Shown: positions 8,591 through 18,221 of the stretch, piece by piece | How the letters are laid out: the number at the start of each line of letters is the position of its first letter | Numbering within the stretch: the stretch's first letter is position 1 | Source of the DNA: a virus | IMG/VR virus record: IMGVR_UViG_3300035204_001874 | Coordinates: 32,001 to 96,000 of that record | DNA: 64,000 nucleotides | Strand: one strand, 5' to 3' | Notes under the pieces: model-generated | The model's input: the letters and a program-made list of their open reading frames with translations, nothing else | Told to the model about the DNA's origin: nothing | Databases searched by the model: none | Position numbers and translations under genes: made by a program

Positions 8591-9644
8591 TTCACTACTC
8601 GAAGATAAAAGATTCAAGGGTGACCACTACAATCACTTAGAAAAAGTAAGTTGGGTTTGCAGCACGGGAAGCTTACAACTTGACCTTTTTCTAGATGGAG
8701 GAATCAGGCCTGGGTTTTTCAGGATTTCCGGTGAACCTGAGAGCGGCAAAACCAGCTTCGCCCTCAACGCCGCAAAGATATTTCAAGAGAGTATTCCGAA
8801 TGGCTTTGTGTTTTACATTAACGCGGAAGGAAGACTTACTGATGAATTGATAGAGCGTTCTGGGGTTGACACTAGCGAAAATAAATGGTGCTGCTTTGAT
8901 TCGAATATTCTAGAAACAGCGATGGGAATGGTTAAAGAGCTCATTAGTGAAAACGGGAAAGGGGAAGACAAGGAGCAGTATCGATACTTGTTTGTTATTG
9001 ACTCTACAGACGCGCTGATAAAAAAAGCAGACCTTGGTAAAAAATTCGAAGAAGGACAGAAGGTCGCTGGGTCAGCCGTAATTTTTTCTCACGTAGGCAA
9101 AGTAACGAGCTTGCCTCTATCAAAAAATGGACATGCGATGTTTATTCTTTCTCAAACTCGATACAAAATGAACATGGGAATGGGCACGGGCTCTGGAACT
9201 ACTCAGTCTGGAGGCAAAGCTCTTAATTTTTATAGTTCCCTTATTGCTGAAATTAAACCTCTCTGGACTGATCTTTATATTTGGGAGAACCCCAGCGGAG
9301 CATCAATAGATAAAAAGGGAAAAAGGCTTGGGCATCAATGCGTTTTTAGGTTTACAAAAACCCGCAACGAAAAAACTGGCCAAGTGATAGACGTGCCAAT
9401 TAAATACGGGACGAAAGGAGGAGCGATATGGACAGAGCACGAAGTTATGAATCTTTGTCTTCAATTTGAATTTCTTCATAAAAAGAACGCTGGATGGTTT
9501 GAGTTCGACAAAGAACTAATCGATGACGCTGGAGATATAGAGTTCAAAGCGAAACACCAAGGGTTAAATAACCTAATTAACTACTTAGAGGAGAACGAGG
9601 AAGTAACCCAGTTCTTAGTAAAGAAATTCAAACAACTACTATGA
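8571..9644 (+). CDS. recA: RecA/UvsX-family recombinase
   Basis: STGSLQLDLFLDGG, Walker A GEPESGKT, Walker B FVIDS, GGKALNFYSS. Confidence 0.92.
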   Translation: MSKKRISSLLEDKRFKGDHYNHLEKVSWVCSTGSLQLDLFLDGGIRPGFFRISGEPESGKTSFALNAAKIFQESIPNGFVFYINAEGRLTDELIERSGVDTSENKWCCFDSNILETAMGMVKELISENGKGEDKEQYRYLFVIDSTDALIKKADLGKKFEEGQKVAGSAVIFSHVGKVTSLPLSKNGHAMFILSQTRYKMNMGMGTGSGTTQSGGKALNFYSSLIAEIKPLWTDLYIWENPSGASIDKKGKRLGHQCVFRFTKTRNEKTGQVIDVPIKYGTKGGAIWTEHEVMNLCLQFEFLHKKNAGWFEFDKELIDDAGDIEFKAKHQGLNNLINYLEENEEVTQFLVKKFKQLL

Positions 9645-10054
9645 GACTGTATAGCGTAACAGGTAGGTTGGTAAATAAAAATGTAAGCAGATACCTAATA
9701 AATTGGGATAAAAAATCTAGATCAAAAATACAATTTAAAACAAAACAATTTTTAAAAGAGTACTGGGAAAACCATATTGTTTACGAGGAATTCCCAGTGT
9801 ACGGCACGAGACTAAAAGTGGACATTTTGAATGCTACAAAAAAAATCGCAATAGAAGTGAACGGAAGACAGCACACTTCTTTTAGTAAGTTTTTCCACAA
9901 GACTCGAATAAATTATTTACGTTCCCTTAAGAGGGATCATAAAAAGCTAGAGTGGTTGAGAGTAAACGACTTTGAACTAATAGAAATAGAAGAAAAAGAA
10001 GTACCCTTAATAAGTTATGAATTCATTGAGGATAAATTTGGAGTAAAATTATAA
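9641..10054 (+). CDS. Vsr/DUF559-like PD-(D/E)XK endonuclease
   Basis: EEFPV...LKVDI....KIAIEVNGRQH...RDHKKLEWL..NDFELIEI. Confidence 0.75.
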   Translation: MRLYSVTGRLVNKNVSRYLINWDKKSRSKIQFKTKQFLKEYWENHIVYEEFPVYGTRLKVDILNATKKIAIEVNGRQHTSFSKFFHKTRINYLRSLKRDHKKLEWLRVNDFELIEIEEKEVPLISYEFIEDKFGVKL

Positions 10055-11541
10055 TGGCGTTACATTCGTATAACATAGAGAAGCACGTTTTAGGAGGTTT
10101 AATTAATAATTCGGAGGTTTTTGCGGACATTGAAGCGTTCGTGTCTGACAAGGATTTTTATTCAGACGTACACAGCACCATCTACTGTTGTGTAAGAGAC
10201 ATACTAATAAAAAATGAAAAAATTGATAAAGTTATTTTATCTCAAAAGATAAAGAATTTGGGGATATCTTTTAAAGACGACATTAACATTTTTGATTATG
10301 TCGATAGCATATCCTTTACTCAAATTTCTGCGAAGGCAACGATAGAAGCAGCTAAAGAGCTAGTTTCATTAAGGGTAAGGCGAGACTTAGATAGGACGGC
10401 GGGTCAAATCAAACGGCACGTACTAGATTCCTTAGATAAAGATATTTCGTCAGTTATATCTGAGGTTGACGCTATTTATGGAGATAAGGTATCTAGTTAT
10501 TACTCGGAAGAAGATAGACCTAAACCTTTGTTGGATGGAATTATCGAAAAAATTGAAGAACGAGGCAATAAGGTGCAAGAGGAAATCGGATTTCAAGTAC
10601 CTTATCCTGACTTCAACAGGCTTTATGGTGGACTGCGTCCAAAATGTCTTTATGTATTTATCGCTCGACCAGGAAACGGCAAAACCACGTTAATCAACGA
10701 TTTGTTATTTAAAGCTTGCGAGATAAACAACACGAAAGCTTTAGTGTTAGATACGGAAATGGCGAGCGAAGATATCGAATTTAGAATGTTTTCTTCGATG
10801 AGTCAGGTGCCCATGTGGCATTTGGAAACAGGTAATTGGAGAAAAAATCCAGAATTAGCAAAAAAAACCAACGAAGGGTTCAAAAAGGTCAAGGAGTATC
10901 TAGAGACAGGCAAGATAGACCATCATTTTATCGCAGATAAACACATTGACGAAGTCTGCTCACTTATTCGACGTTGGAAATTGGCTCACGTAGGCAGAAA
11001 TGGCAGGTGCATTATCGCTTTGGACTATCTTAAGCTTACTGGCGAAGGCGTAGATAAATCTTGGATGGAGTACCAAGCTATTGGCGAAAAAGTTAATAAA
11101 TTAAAAAAGCTTGCTTCAGAATTAGATTGCCCAATCGTAACAGCGGTACAATCTAACCGTAGTGGTGAAGGCAGAAGAGTCGGAGACCCAGTTGACTCAG
11201 GAGTGATAGCTTTATCAGATAGAATTCAATGGTTTGCTGACTTTACCGCTTTCTTGACAAGAAAAACTCGTGAGGAAATAGCTTGGGACGGAGAACGCTT
11301 TGGAACCCATATGCTTGTACCTTTTAAAACTCGATATCAAGGACAAGACGCGGCTGGTCATCAAGACTTAGTAAGACGAACAGACCCCAATGGCAGAGAA
11401 AAATTTTATGAAAATTTCTTAAACTTCAACATCGAAAATTTTAACGTGGAAGAGAGAGGTACCCTGCGTGACATAGCCGAACAAGAGTTAGGTATGGTTA
11501 GGCCAGACGACGTTAACAATCGAGACGGAGAACTGCTTTAA
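10054..11541 (+). CDS. dnaB: Replicative DNA helicase (DnaB family)
   Basis: N-terminal IEKHVLGGL..KDFY...H..IY; ARPGNGKT, DTEM, LDYLKL, AVQSNR. Confidence 0.93.
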   Translation: MALHSYNIEKHVLGGLINNSEVFADIEAFVSDKDFYSDVHSTIYCCVRDILIKNEKIDKVILSQKIKNLGISFKDDINIFDYVDSISFTQISAKATIEAAKELVSLRVRRDLDRTAGQIKRHVLDSLDKDISSVISEVDAIYGDKVSSYYSEEDRPKPLLDGIIEKIEERGNKVQEEIGFQVPYPDFNRLYGGLRPKCLYVFIARPGNGKTTLINDLLFKACEINNTKALVLDTEMASEDIEFRMFSSMSQVPMWHLETGNWRKNPELAKKTNEGFKKVKEYLETGKIDHHFIADKHIDEVCSLIRRWKLAHVGRNGRCIIALDYLKLTGEGVDKSWMEYQAIGEKVNKLKKLASELDCPIVTAVQSNRSGEGRRVGDPVDSGVIALSDRIQWFADFTAFLTRKTREEIAWDGERFGTHMLVPFKTRYQGQDAAGHQDLVRRTDPNGREKFYENFLNFNIENFNVEERGTLRDIAEQELGMVRPDDVNNRDGELL

Positions 11542-12458
11542 TGTATAGTTCAGTAAAAGATATACTTACGGAAATTGGTTACGATCTATTAGATCAAGGC
11601 AAAAATTACCGCACGAAGCCCCTCTATCGAGATTCTGATAGCAGTAATGTCCTATCGATAGATAAAGAGTCGGGAGTTTGGTATGACTTCAAAGAGAAGC
11701 GGGGGGGCAAATTCGAAGAGTTGATTCGCTTATCTCTTAAGCAGGGAGACATTACAGAAACGAAAGAGTGGCTGAAGTTAAAGGCTGGGAGAAGTGGCCC
11801 AATAGTTAAAAAAGAAAAACCCAAACTTAAAATGCCCAAAAAATACCCTAAAGAGATACTTCTCAAACTAAAAAAGGACCATTCGTATTGGGAAGGGAGG
11901 GGCATAAATCCCGAAGTCTCAAAGATTTTCGAAGGAGGGGTGGCTGAATCAGGGCAAATGGCAAACAGGTATGTCTTCCCAATATTCAACTCTCTAGACG
12001 AAGTGGTCGGTTTCACTGGTCGTTATCTTAAAGATATACCTGCGAATTCCAAAATACCAAAATGGAAACACGTTGGAGGAACATCGGGTTGGTGCTTCCC
12101 ACTAAAACACAACAAGAAGCACATATTTAAAAACAAAAGCATCATCTTAGTTGAAAGTGTGGGCGATACACTTGCGCTATGGAATGCTGGGATTTATAAT
12201 TCAATGGTGACCTTTGGGTTAACGGTAAGCAAAGCTGTCACATTGGTTTTATTGAGGATGGATGTTCAGCAAATTTTTATTTCATTTAATAATGATTTCG
12301 AAAACAACGCGGGCAATAGAGCCGCCGAAGAAGCTAAGAAACAGTTGCTGAAACATTTCGATTCTGAACAAGTGAAAGTATCCCTACCGTTTAAGAATGA
12401 CTTTGGAGACATGAACGTTAGCGAGATAAACCAATGGCATTCAACTATAAATAAATAA
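11541..12458 (+). CDS. DnaG-like TOPRIM primase (divergent)
   Basis: YWEGRGI, RYVFPIFN..VVGFTGR, PKWKH, IILVESVGD, ISFNND, KNDFGDM; follows dnaB. Confidence 0.82.
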   Translation: MYSSVKDILTEIGYDLLDQGKNYRTKPLYRDSDSSNVLSIDKESGVWYDFKEKRGGKFEELIRLSLKQGDITETKEWLKLKAGRSGPIVKKEKPKLKMPKKYPKEILLKLKKDHSYWEGRGINPEVSKIFEGGVAESGQMANRYVFPIFNSLDEVVGFTGRYLKDIPANSKIPKWKHVGGTSGWCFPLKHNKKHIFKNKSIILVESVGDTLALWNAGIYNSMVTFGLTVSKAVTLVLLRMDVQQIFISFNNDFENNAGNRAAEEAKKQLLKHFDSEQVKVSLPFKNDFGDMNVSEINQWHSTINK

Positions 12459-12459
12459 T

Positions 12460-13455
12460 ATGTCCAAAGAGGTATATTTATCTGCATCTAGGATGAAGAC
12501 TCTTGAGTCTTGTTCTTGGCTGTATTGGTGTAAGTACGGACTAAAACTCCCAGATACCACAAACTCAGGAGCATTAAGGGGTACCATTTGCCATTTGGTT
12601 TTCGAACTCCTATTAAACCCAAAGCATAAAAAGCATCACAGTTCTATTTCCGCAAATAAAACTATAGAAGCGTCTAAGTCTGTAGACAGGTTGGTGAGGA
12701 AGCACCTAAAGTCTTCTGGAATTCTTGATACTGAAAATTACGATTTAGTAAACGAAATGATTGTGGTGGGTTTACGCAACGACTTTTTCGTAGAAGGAGC
12801 AGAGCTCTTAGACCCAGAATTTGAATTCGATATAACGAACGAAGAACCTCGCTACAGAATCTTCGGGTTTATAGATAAAGCTGCTAAGTTTAAAAAGGAA
12901 AATAAAATTTTAATCAGCGATTACAAGTCAAGCAAAGCGAAATTTAAAGGAGAAGAGCTCGACTGCAATATTCAAGCCATGATATATAGCTTGGTAGCCA
13001 AGAAAACTTGGCCCAAACTAAAGCCTGTTATCGAATTCATTTTTCTTCGGTTTCCTAGAAAGCCAATTCAAAAACTTGAGTTTAGTGATGACACGCTAAA
13101 GGGGTTTGAGTATTACCTAGAGGAAACCTACAAAAGAATTTGCGAATTTGATGAAAACGACGCCAAGTCTAATTTCGCTGCCGATAAGCCTATACCCAAA
13201 GTAGGGTTTAGCGGCAAATTAATGTGTGGGTTTGCCAAATACCCTGGTCAATTAAAAAAGGATGGTAACCTTATGTGGCATTGTCCATATAAATTCTCTT
13301 TCTCCTATTACGTTTTAAAAAATAAAAATGGGAAAATTTTAAAAACAAGCTTTGAGAACACCTTCTCCCCAAAGAATGGAGAAACTGTGGAAAAGAACGA
13401 ATACGAAGGGTGCCCAAAACACAAAAGCAAAGACATATTGGACTCTTTTTCTTGA
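12460..13455 (+). CDS. PD-(D/E)XK exonuclease, RecB/AddB/Cas4-like
   Basis: LSASR....SC, RGTICHLVFE, GFIDK, ISDYKS, plus three C-terminal cysteines. Confidence 0.85.
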   Translation: MSKEVYLSASRMKTLESCSWLYWCKYGLKLPDTTNSGALRGTICHLVFELLLNPKHKKHHSSISANKTIEASKSVDRLVRKHLKSSGILDTENYDLVNEMIVVGLRNDFFVEGAELLDPEFEFDITNEEPRYRIFGFIDKAAKFKKENKILISDYKSSKAKFKGEELDCNIQAMIYSLVAKKTWPKLKPVIEFIFLRFPRKPIQKLEFSDDTLKGFEYYLEETYKRICEFDENDAKSNFAADKPIPKVGFSGKLMCGFAKYPGQLKKDGNLMWHCPYKFSFSYYVLKNKNGKILKTSFENTFSPKNGETVEKNEYEGCPKHKSKDILDSFS

Positions 13456-13479
13456 CAAAGCCTAAGACTCCCTTACAAT
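13452..13479 (+). promoter_or_regulatory. Sigma70-type promoter, near-leaderless
   Basis: TTGACA (13452-13457, overlapping the upstream TGA stop), 16 bp, TACAAT (13474-13479); ATG at 13488. Confidence 0.75.
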
Positions 13480-13487
13480 CTCCCTTG

Positions 13488-14795
13488 ATGAGCGATTGCA
13501 TACCGCTATTTAAATCGCATTACAGTATTGGCAGATCAATACTAACGTTAAATGCTCCGTCTGAAAATGGAGACAGTTCCCCTAGGTCGATCTTCGATAT
13601 TTTAATTAAAAATAAAATTAAGGAATTTTTTTTGGTTGAAGACTCTATGAGCGGGTTTCTGGAGGCTTACGTTAACTCCAAAGAAAACAAAATTAAATTA
13701 AACTTTGGTTTAAGACTCAACTTCCTATGTAGCATAGAAGAAAAAAACGAAGAAGCAGTTAGAGATAGATGTAAATATATAATCTTTGCGAAAAACACAG
13801 AGGGATATAAACGCCTCATAAAGATTTGGACGCTTGCCTCAAAAGAAGGTTTTTACTATACCCCCAACATTGACTTTAAAGTTCTAAAGCAATTTTGGGA
13901 TAACGACGATCTACTTCTTTGTGTTCCCTTTTATGATTCCTATCTTCATCGAAACTGTTTAGAGTCTGCTAATTGCGTGCCCGATCTTTCGTATACAGAA
14001 CCTACCCATTTCATTGAAGATAATGGGGTTCCATTTGATTACCTTATTAAAAATAGGATAATGAATTACGTTAAGGATACTGGACACAAAACTCAAGAAA
14101 CCAAAAGTATTTACTACGAAAATAAAGAAGACTTTTTATCTTATCTTACGTTTAGGTGTGTTAACAACAGGTCTACGTTAGAAAAACCCAACATAGACCA
14201 TATGTGTAGTGATGAATTTTGCTTCGAGAGTTGGGCGAAGCAAATGAATCTAGAAGTCATTAACAAAAAACCTGAAAAGAAAACTGCCGTTCCTAAAAAC
14301 AAAAAAGACAATATAATAACTTTGACAAAAGAACAGCAGAAATACGCGAACCAAATTGGAAGCAAGAGGCAAGAGTATAACGAATCTATAAATAAAAAAG
14401 ACGCCTACGGCTTCAAAGGTGACGGAAAAAAAATTCACATACAAGGAGCAAGAGCGGAACTGTCTGTAGCCTTAGCTCTGAAACAGGATTGGGCAGACTT
14501 CAAGGAAGACTATACGTCCATAATGGCTGATGTTGGAGACAACATTCAAGTTAGGAGTACCGATTACAAAGACGGTAATCTTTTAGTCCACCCGAAGGAT
14601 AAAGATAATCAAGTTTTTGTTCTAGTGAAATCTCACAACTATCCAGAGATGGAAATTTCTGGCTGGGTTTTGGGTAAAGACGCTAAAAAGAAAGAGTTCT
14701 GGGAGGATGGCTCTAACTTTCCTAAGTTCAAGGGGAGAGCTTGCTATCGATTTCCTCATGAAAAATTAAATCCAATTATAACTTTAGAGGTGTAA
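13488..14795 (+). CDS. Stand-alone PHP domain of Pol III alpha fused to an extra C-terminal domain
   Basis: PLFKSHYS, EDSMSGF, IKLNFGL, IIFAKNTEGYKRLIKI.T.A...GFYYTPNID match the DnaE PHP domain. A Lys-rich linker is followed by about 160 unrelated residues. Confidence 0.8.
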   Translation: MSDCIPLFKSHYSIGRSILTLNAPSENGDSSPRSIFDILIKNKIKEFFLVEDSMSGFLEAYVNSKENKIKLNFGLRLNFLCSIEEKNEEAVRDRCKYIIFAKNTEGYKRLIKIWTLASKEGFYYTPNIDFKVLKQFWDNDDLLLCVPFYDSYLHRNCLESANCVPDLSYTEPTHFIEDNGVPFDYLIKNRIMNYVKDTGHKTQETKSIYYENKEDFLSYLTFRCVNNRSTLEKPNIDHMCSDEFCFESWAKQMNLEVINKKPEKKTAVPKNKKDNIITLTKEQQKYANQIGSKRQEYNESINKKDAYGFKGDGKKIHIQGARAELSVALALKQDWADFKEDYTSIMADVGDNIQVRSTDYKDGNLLVHPKDKDNQVFVLVKSHNYPEMEISGWVLGKDAKKKEFWEDGSNFPKFKGRACYRFPHEKLNPIITLEV

Positions 14796-14801
14796 TATAA
14801 T
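14789..14801 (+). promoter_or_regulatory. GGTGTAAT motif, candidate phage-sigma promoter
   Basis: GGTGTAATATAAT immediately before ATG 14802; the same core occurs upstream of genes at 31067(-) and 50865(-). Confidence 0.5.
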
Positions 14802-15008
14802 ATGTGGGAGTCTTTACGTACAAAGAGGTTCAAGATACGCTTTTTAAAGAAAAAAAAAGGCATCAAGAACGACTTAAGTCTAGTAGCCCACAAGTTGACA
14901 AAGAATACTCCCGCCACGCCATCTTTGTTATCTCAGACCTTCAGAAAGATTTTAAAAAGCTTTTTACGGACAAGTACAGCTAAGAGAACTGGGGGTGCTT
15001 ATGCGTGA
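14802..15008 (+). CDS. Small basic hypothetical protein
   Basis: 68-aa ORF filling the gap between the PHP and exonuclease genes; no recognisable motif. Confidence 0.45.
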   Translation: MWESLRTKRFKIRFLKKKKGIKNDLSLVAHKLTKNTPATPSLLSQTFRKILKSFLRTSTAKRTGGAYA

Positions 15009-15642
15009 GCATCTACTTAGGTTTGATAAATCTAAAACTTACGTTTTCATAGACTGTGAGACGTTTAACCTATGCTTAAATAACTCATACAATCTCCCTT
15101 GGCAAATCGCAATGATTAAAGCCGTCTCTGGCAAAAAGGTAGCGGAAAAAGACTTTTACATCAAATGGGACACAGACCTAGAGATAGGAGAAGAAGCCGC
15201 CAGAATCACACGTTATAGTCAGAAGAAAATGGACGATATAGGCATCCCCCCAGAGCAAGCTTTCCCTACAATAAGAGATTGGCTAGATAACGCTGACTGG
15301 ATAGTAGCTCACAACATGCTCGGGTTTGATCTGTATCTAATTAAAGACTTTTATAAGGTAAACAACTTAGATTATAGGCATTTGATGCCCAAGATTCTTG
15401 ATACTAACTCTCTTGCGAGAGGTATCAAAATTGGCATCCCCCACAAGGAAGAAGAGGGCTCTTTAATTGAGTACCAGTACCGTATGACTAATATGCGTAA
15501 AAAAGGCGTTAGAACGAATCTGACGGCCCTTGGGAAGGAGTATGGGATTGATCATGACTACAGCAAACTGCACGATGCCATAGTTGATTTGGAGTTAAAT
15601 TTGAAAGTTTGGAACAAGATAAAATGGCAGATAGAAATATAG
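15001..15642 (+). CDS. DEDDh 3'-5' exonuclease (Pol III epsilon-like)
   Basis: FIDCET, VAHNMLGFD, LHDAIVD. Confidence 0.9.
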   Translation: MREHLLRFDKSKTYVFIDCETFNLCLNNSYNLPWQIAMIKAVSGKKVAEKDFYIKWDTDLEIGEEAARITRYSQKKMDDIGIPPEQAFPTIRDWLDNADWIVAHNMLGFDLYLIKDFYKVNNLDYRHLMPKILDTNSLARGIKIGIPHKEEEGSLIEYQYRMTNMRKKGVRTNLTALGKEYGIDHDYSKLHDAIVDLELNLKVWNKIKWQIEI

Positions 15643-18218
15643 ATTTTAAGTCTCATTTTGAAGGGATAAATCTACCTCTTTACGGGGTGCGTTTACCCAG
15701 TTTTAAAATTGAAAATGAGTACAAAAGGGAGATTCACGTTAGTGAAGATATTAGTAATTATGATTTTCTTCGTTCATTAGCTAACTTAGGATTTAAAAAT
15801 TTAAAAATAAATAAAAATAACCCCTTATATAACCGCTATGTCGAAAGAGCTAAGTATGAAATTGATACTCTTGCAGACTTAGGCTTCGTGGATTATGTAT
15901 TGCTGGTCTGGGACGTTATTAATTATTGCAAGAAAAACGATATTCCTACGGGCCTTGGGCGAGGCAGTGCTGCTGGCAGTTTAATTCTGTTTTTAATAGG
16001 GGTAACAAAGGTTGACCCCATCGAGTACGGACTTTATTTTGAGAGGTTTGTTTCCAAGGTTCGAGCTAAGAAGCGCATTGTTGATGGGGTGACATACCTC
16101 GACGGTTCCTTAATGTGTGATGTCGATCTTGATATATGCTATTATAATCGATTAAATGTCATAAAATATTTAGAAGAAAAGTTCAAAGGTAAGACTTCTA
16201 AAATTCTCACCTTCAATACTCTTAGCGGCAAGCTGTGCATTAAAGAGTGTGGCAAAATTGTAGGAAAGAAAAACGAGCAAGAGATGAATTTAGTTTCCTC
16301 AATGATTCCAAAAGTTTTTGGCAAAGTTAAAGACATTGAAGAAGCTTATAATGAGGTGGACGAATTCAAGGAATGGTGTGACGAAAACAAGCTCTCTTAC
16401 GAAATCGCCTTGAAGATTAAGGGTCTCATAAAAAACAAAGGAGTACACCCCTCTGCCTTAGCTTTATCATATGAAAATATGATGGAGAGTTGCCCAACCG
16501 AGCTCACTAAAGTCTCCGAAAAATCATCAGATAAAGTTTCAGTATCGTCTTACGATATGAATTGGACATCTGTTTCAAACGTAAAGCTTGATCTGCTCGG
16601 TTTACGTTCCGTTTCAGTCATTGATGATGTTTGCAAAAATGTAAAAGTTGAGGTTCAAGATATCGATCTGAATGACAGTTTTATATATGAAAAGCTTCAA
16701 GACCTAAGGACTCCACATGGACTATTTCAAATTGAAGCGGACACCAACTTTAAAGTATGCAGAAAAGTTAAACCTAAAACGCTCGAAGAATTGAGCGCAG
16801 TACTAGCCTTAGCTCGACCAGGAGCATTAGCTTACGTAGATCAATACGCTGATTACGCAAACAATGGAATTTATGAGCCAAGCCACCCCTTCTTTGACGA
16901 CATCTTAAAAGAGACTGGGGGAGTTGCGTTATATCAAGAACAACTAATGAAAATGGCGAACAAAATCGGCTTCACCCTTGACGAAGCGGAGCTATTGCGT
17001 CGTATAGTTGGTAAGAAGAAAAGAGCCGAAGTTAGAAAATGGAAAAAGAAAATTAAAAGCAAAGTTAAAGAGAGCGGCCTTGACCCTGACGTCGGTAAAG
17101 TTCTTTGGAAAATTCTTGAGGATTCAGCAAACTATTCATTCAATAAATCTCATTCTATTTCTTACGCTGCCTTAGCGGCCACCACAATTTACCTCAAGTT
17201 TAAATATCCACAGCAGTTTTTCTTGAGTTTGCTAAGGATGACTAGGCACGAGCCAGACCCGATAAACGAAATTTCAAAAATTCAAAAAGAAATGTCGGCG
17301 TTCGATACTCGTCTCTTGGCTCCTCATATTACAAAATCTAGAATGGACTTCACCGTTGAAGGCGACGACATTCGGTTTGGCTTGCTTTCTATTAAAGGGA
17401 TTTCCGATAAGTCGATAGAAAAGCTAAACAAATTCAAAAAAGATACCTCTACCAAATTTGAAGTGTTCGAAGCGGCCAGCGAGGCTGGGCTTACTATTGG
17501 TATTTTGTGCGCTTTGATTCAAGCTGGAGCTTTTCAAGGGTTCATTCAATCTAGAACAAAAATCGTATATGAAGCTCAACTATGGAACGTCTTAACAAAA
17601 AGGGAAAAAAAGTTCTGCATGGAAGCTTCAGCCAAGCATGATCATGATTTAGTAAAAGCGTTAAAATATGTTTGCTCTCAAAATAATGAGAGAGGTAAGC
17701 CTTTAATTAAAGAATCAAGGTTAGGAACAATAAAAAAGAAATCCCTACCCTACAAAGAGATTTTTGAGCTCAATAGGTTCTCGGAAAGTTTTGCTAATTG
17801 GTATTACGAAAATCATTTGCTGGGATACACCTACGGAAAAACCTTGAGAGATATTTTCATTGATACCTTACCGGACTTAGAGTCCATTAGAAACGTGAAC
17901 AGCAGAGAGCAAAGGGATACGGTCCATTTTGTTGGGACAATAAGCGGTAAACCTTCAACGAGGATGTCCAAAAAGGGTAACCGCTATTTTGTTGCTGATG
18001 TTGGAGACGAATCTGCCAATGTAAAAATAATGATGTTTGGAGGTAGAATTGAAGAATGCCAAGAACGTAACGCTAACGAGTTACCTAAAGAAAAAAATAT
18101 AGTCGTTGTCAAAGGACAAAAGCAGGAAGACAACACTGTGTTTGCCAATTCGATTACGATCCAAACAAATAAAATTTATACCCGCTTCTCTGAAATAAAT
18201 AAAAAGCTAAGAATATAG
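15624..18218 (+). CDS. dnaE: DNA polymerase III alpha catalytic subunit lacking the PHP domain
   Basis: GRGSAAGS, FERF, CDVDLD, KLDLLGL, ALARPG, YQEQLM, YSFNKSHS, IRFGLLSIKG, C-terminal OB fold. Confidence 0.95.
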   Translation: MADRNIDFKSHFEGINLPLYGVRLPSFKIENEYKREIHVSEDISNYDFLRSLANLGFKNLKINKNNPLYNRYVERAKYEIDTLADLGFVDYVLLVWDVINYCKKNDIPTGLGRGSAAGSLILFLIGVTKVDPIEYGLYFERFVSKVRAKKRIVDGVTYLDGSLMCDVDLDICYYNRLNVIKYLEEKFKGKTSKILTFNTLSGKLCIKECGKIVGKKNEQEMNLVSSMIPKVFGKVKDIEEAYNEVDEFKEWCDENKLSYEIALKIKGLIKNKGVHPSALALSYENMMESCPTELTKVSEKSSDKVSVSSYDMNWTSVSNVKLDLLGLRSVSVIDDVCKNVKVEVQDIDLNDSFIYEKLQDLRTPHGLFQIEADTNFKVCRKVKPKTLEELSAVLALARPGALAYVDQYADYANNGIYEPSHPFFDDILKETGGVALYQEQLMKMANKIGFTLDEAELLRRIVGKKKRAEVRKWKKKIKSKVKESGLDPDVGKVLWKILEDSANYSFNKSHSISYAALAATTIYLKFKYPQQFFLSLLRMTRHEPDPINEISKIQKEMSAFDTRLLAPHITKSRMDFTVEGDDIRFGLLSIKGISDKSIEKLNKFKKDTSTKFEVFEAASEAGLTIGILCALIQAGAFQGFIQSRTKIVYEAQLWNVLTKREKKFCMEASAKHDHDLVKALKYVCSQNNERGKPLIKESRLGTIKKKSLPYKEIFELNRFSESFANWYYENHLLGYTYGKTLRDIFIDTLPDLESIRNVNSREQRDTVHFVGTISGKPSTRMSKKGNRYFVADVGDESANVKIMMFGGRIEECQERNANELPKEKNIVVVKGQKQEDNTVFANSITIQTNKIYTRFSEINKKLRI

Positions 18219-18221
18219 ACA

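Noticed and set aside
12460-13455. CRISPR-Cas system suggested by the Cas4-like nuclease
   Set aside because: No repeat-spacer array or other cas genes seen; the gene sits in a replication operon.
14895-14925. TTGACA as an additional sigma70 promoter
   Set aside because: No -10 hexamer at 16-18 bp spacing.
13488-18218. Split intein joining the PHP and polymerase halves
   Set aside because: No intein N-terminal block after PHP and no His-Asn/Cys junction at the start of the polymerase ORF.
1-18218. Bacterial chromosome origin (recA, dnaB, dnaE, gmd)
   Set aside because: The genes are divergent, compactly clustered and adjacent to a tail operon, with no ribosomal or core metabolic genes; a large phage fits better.
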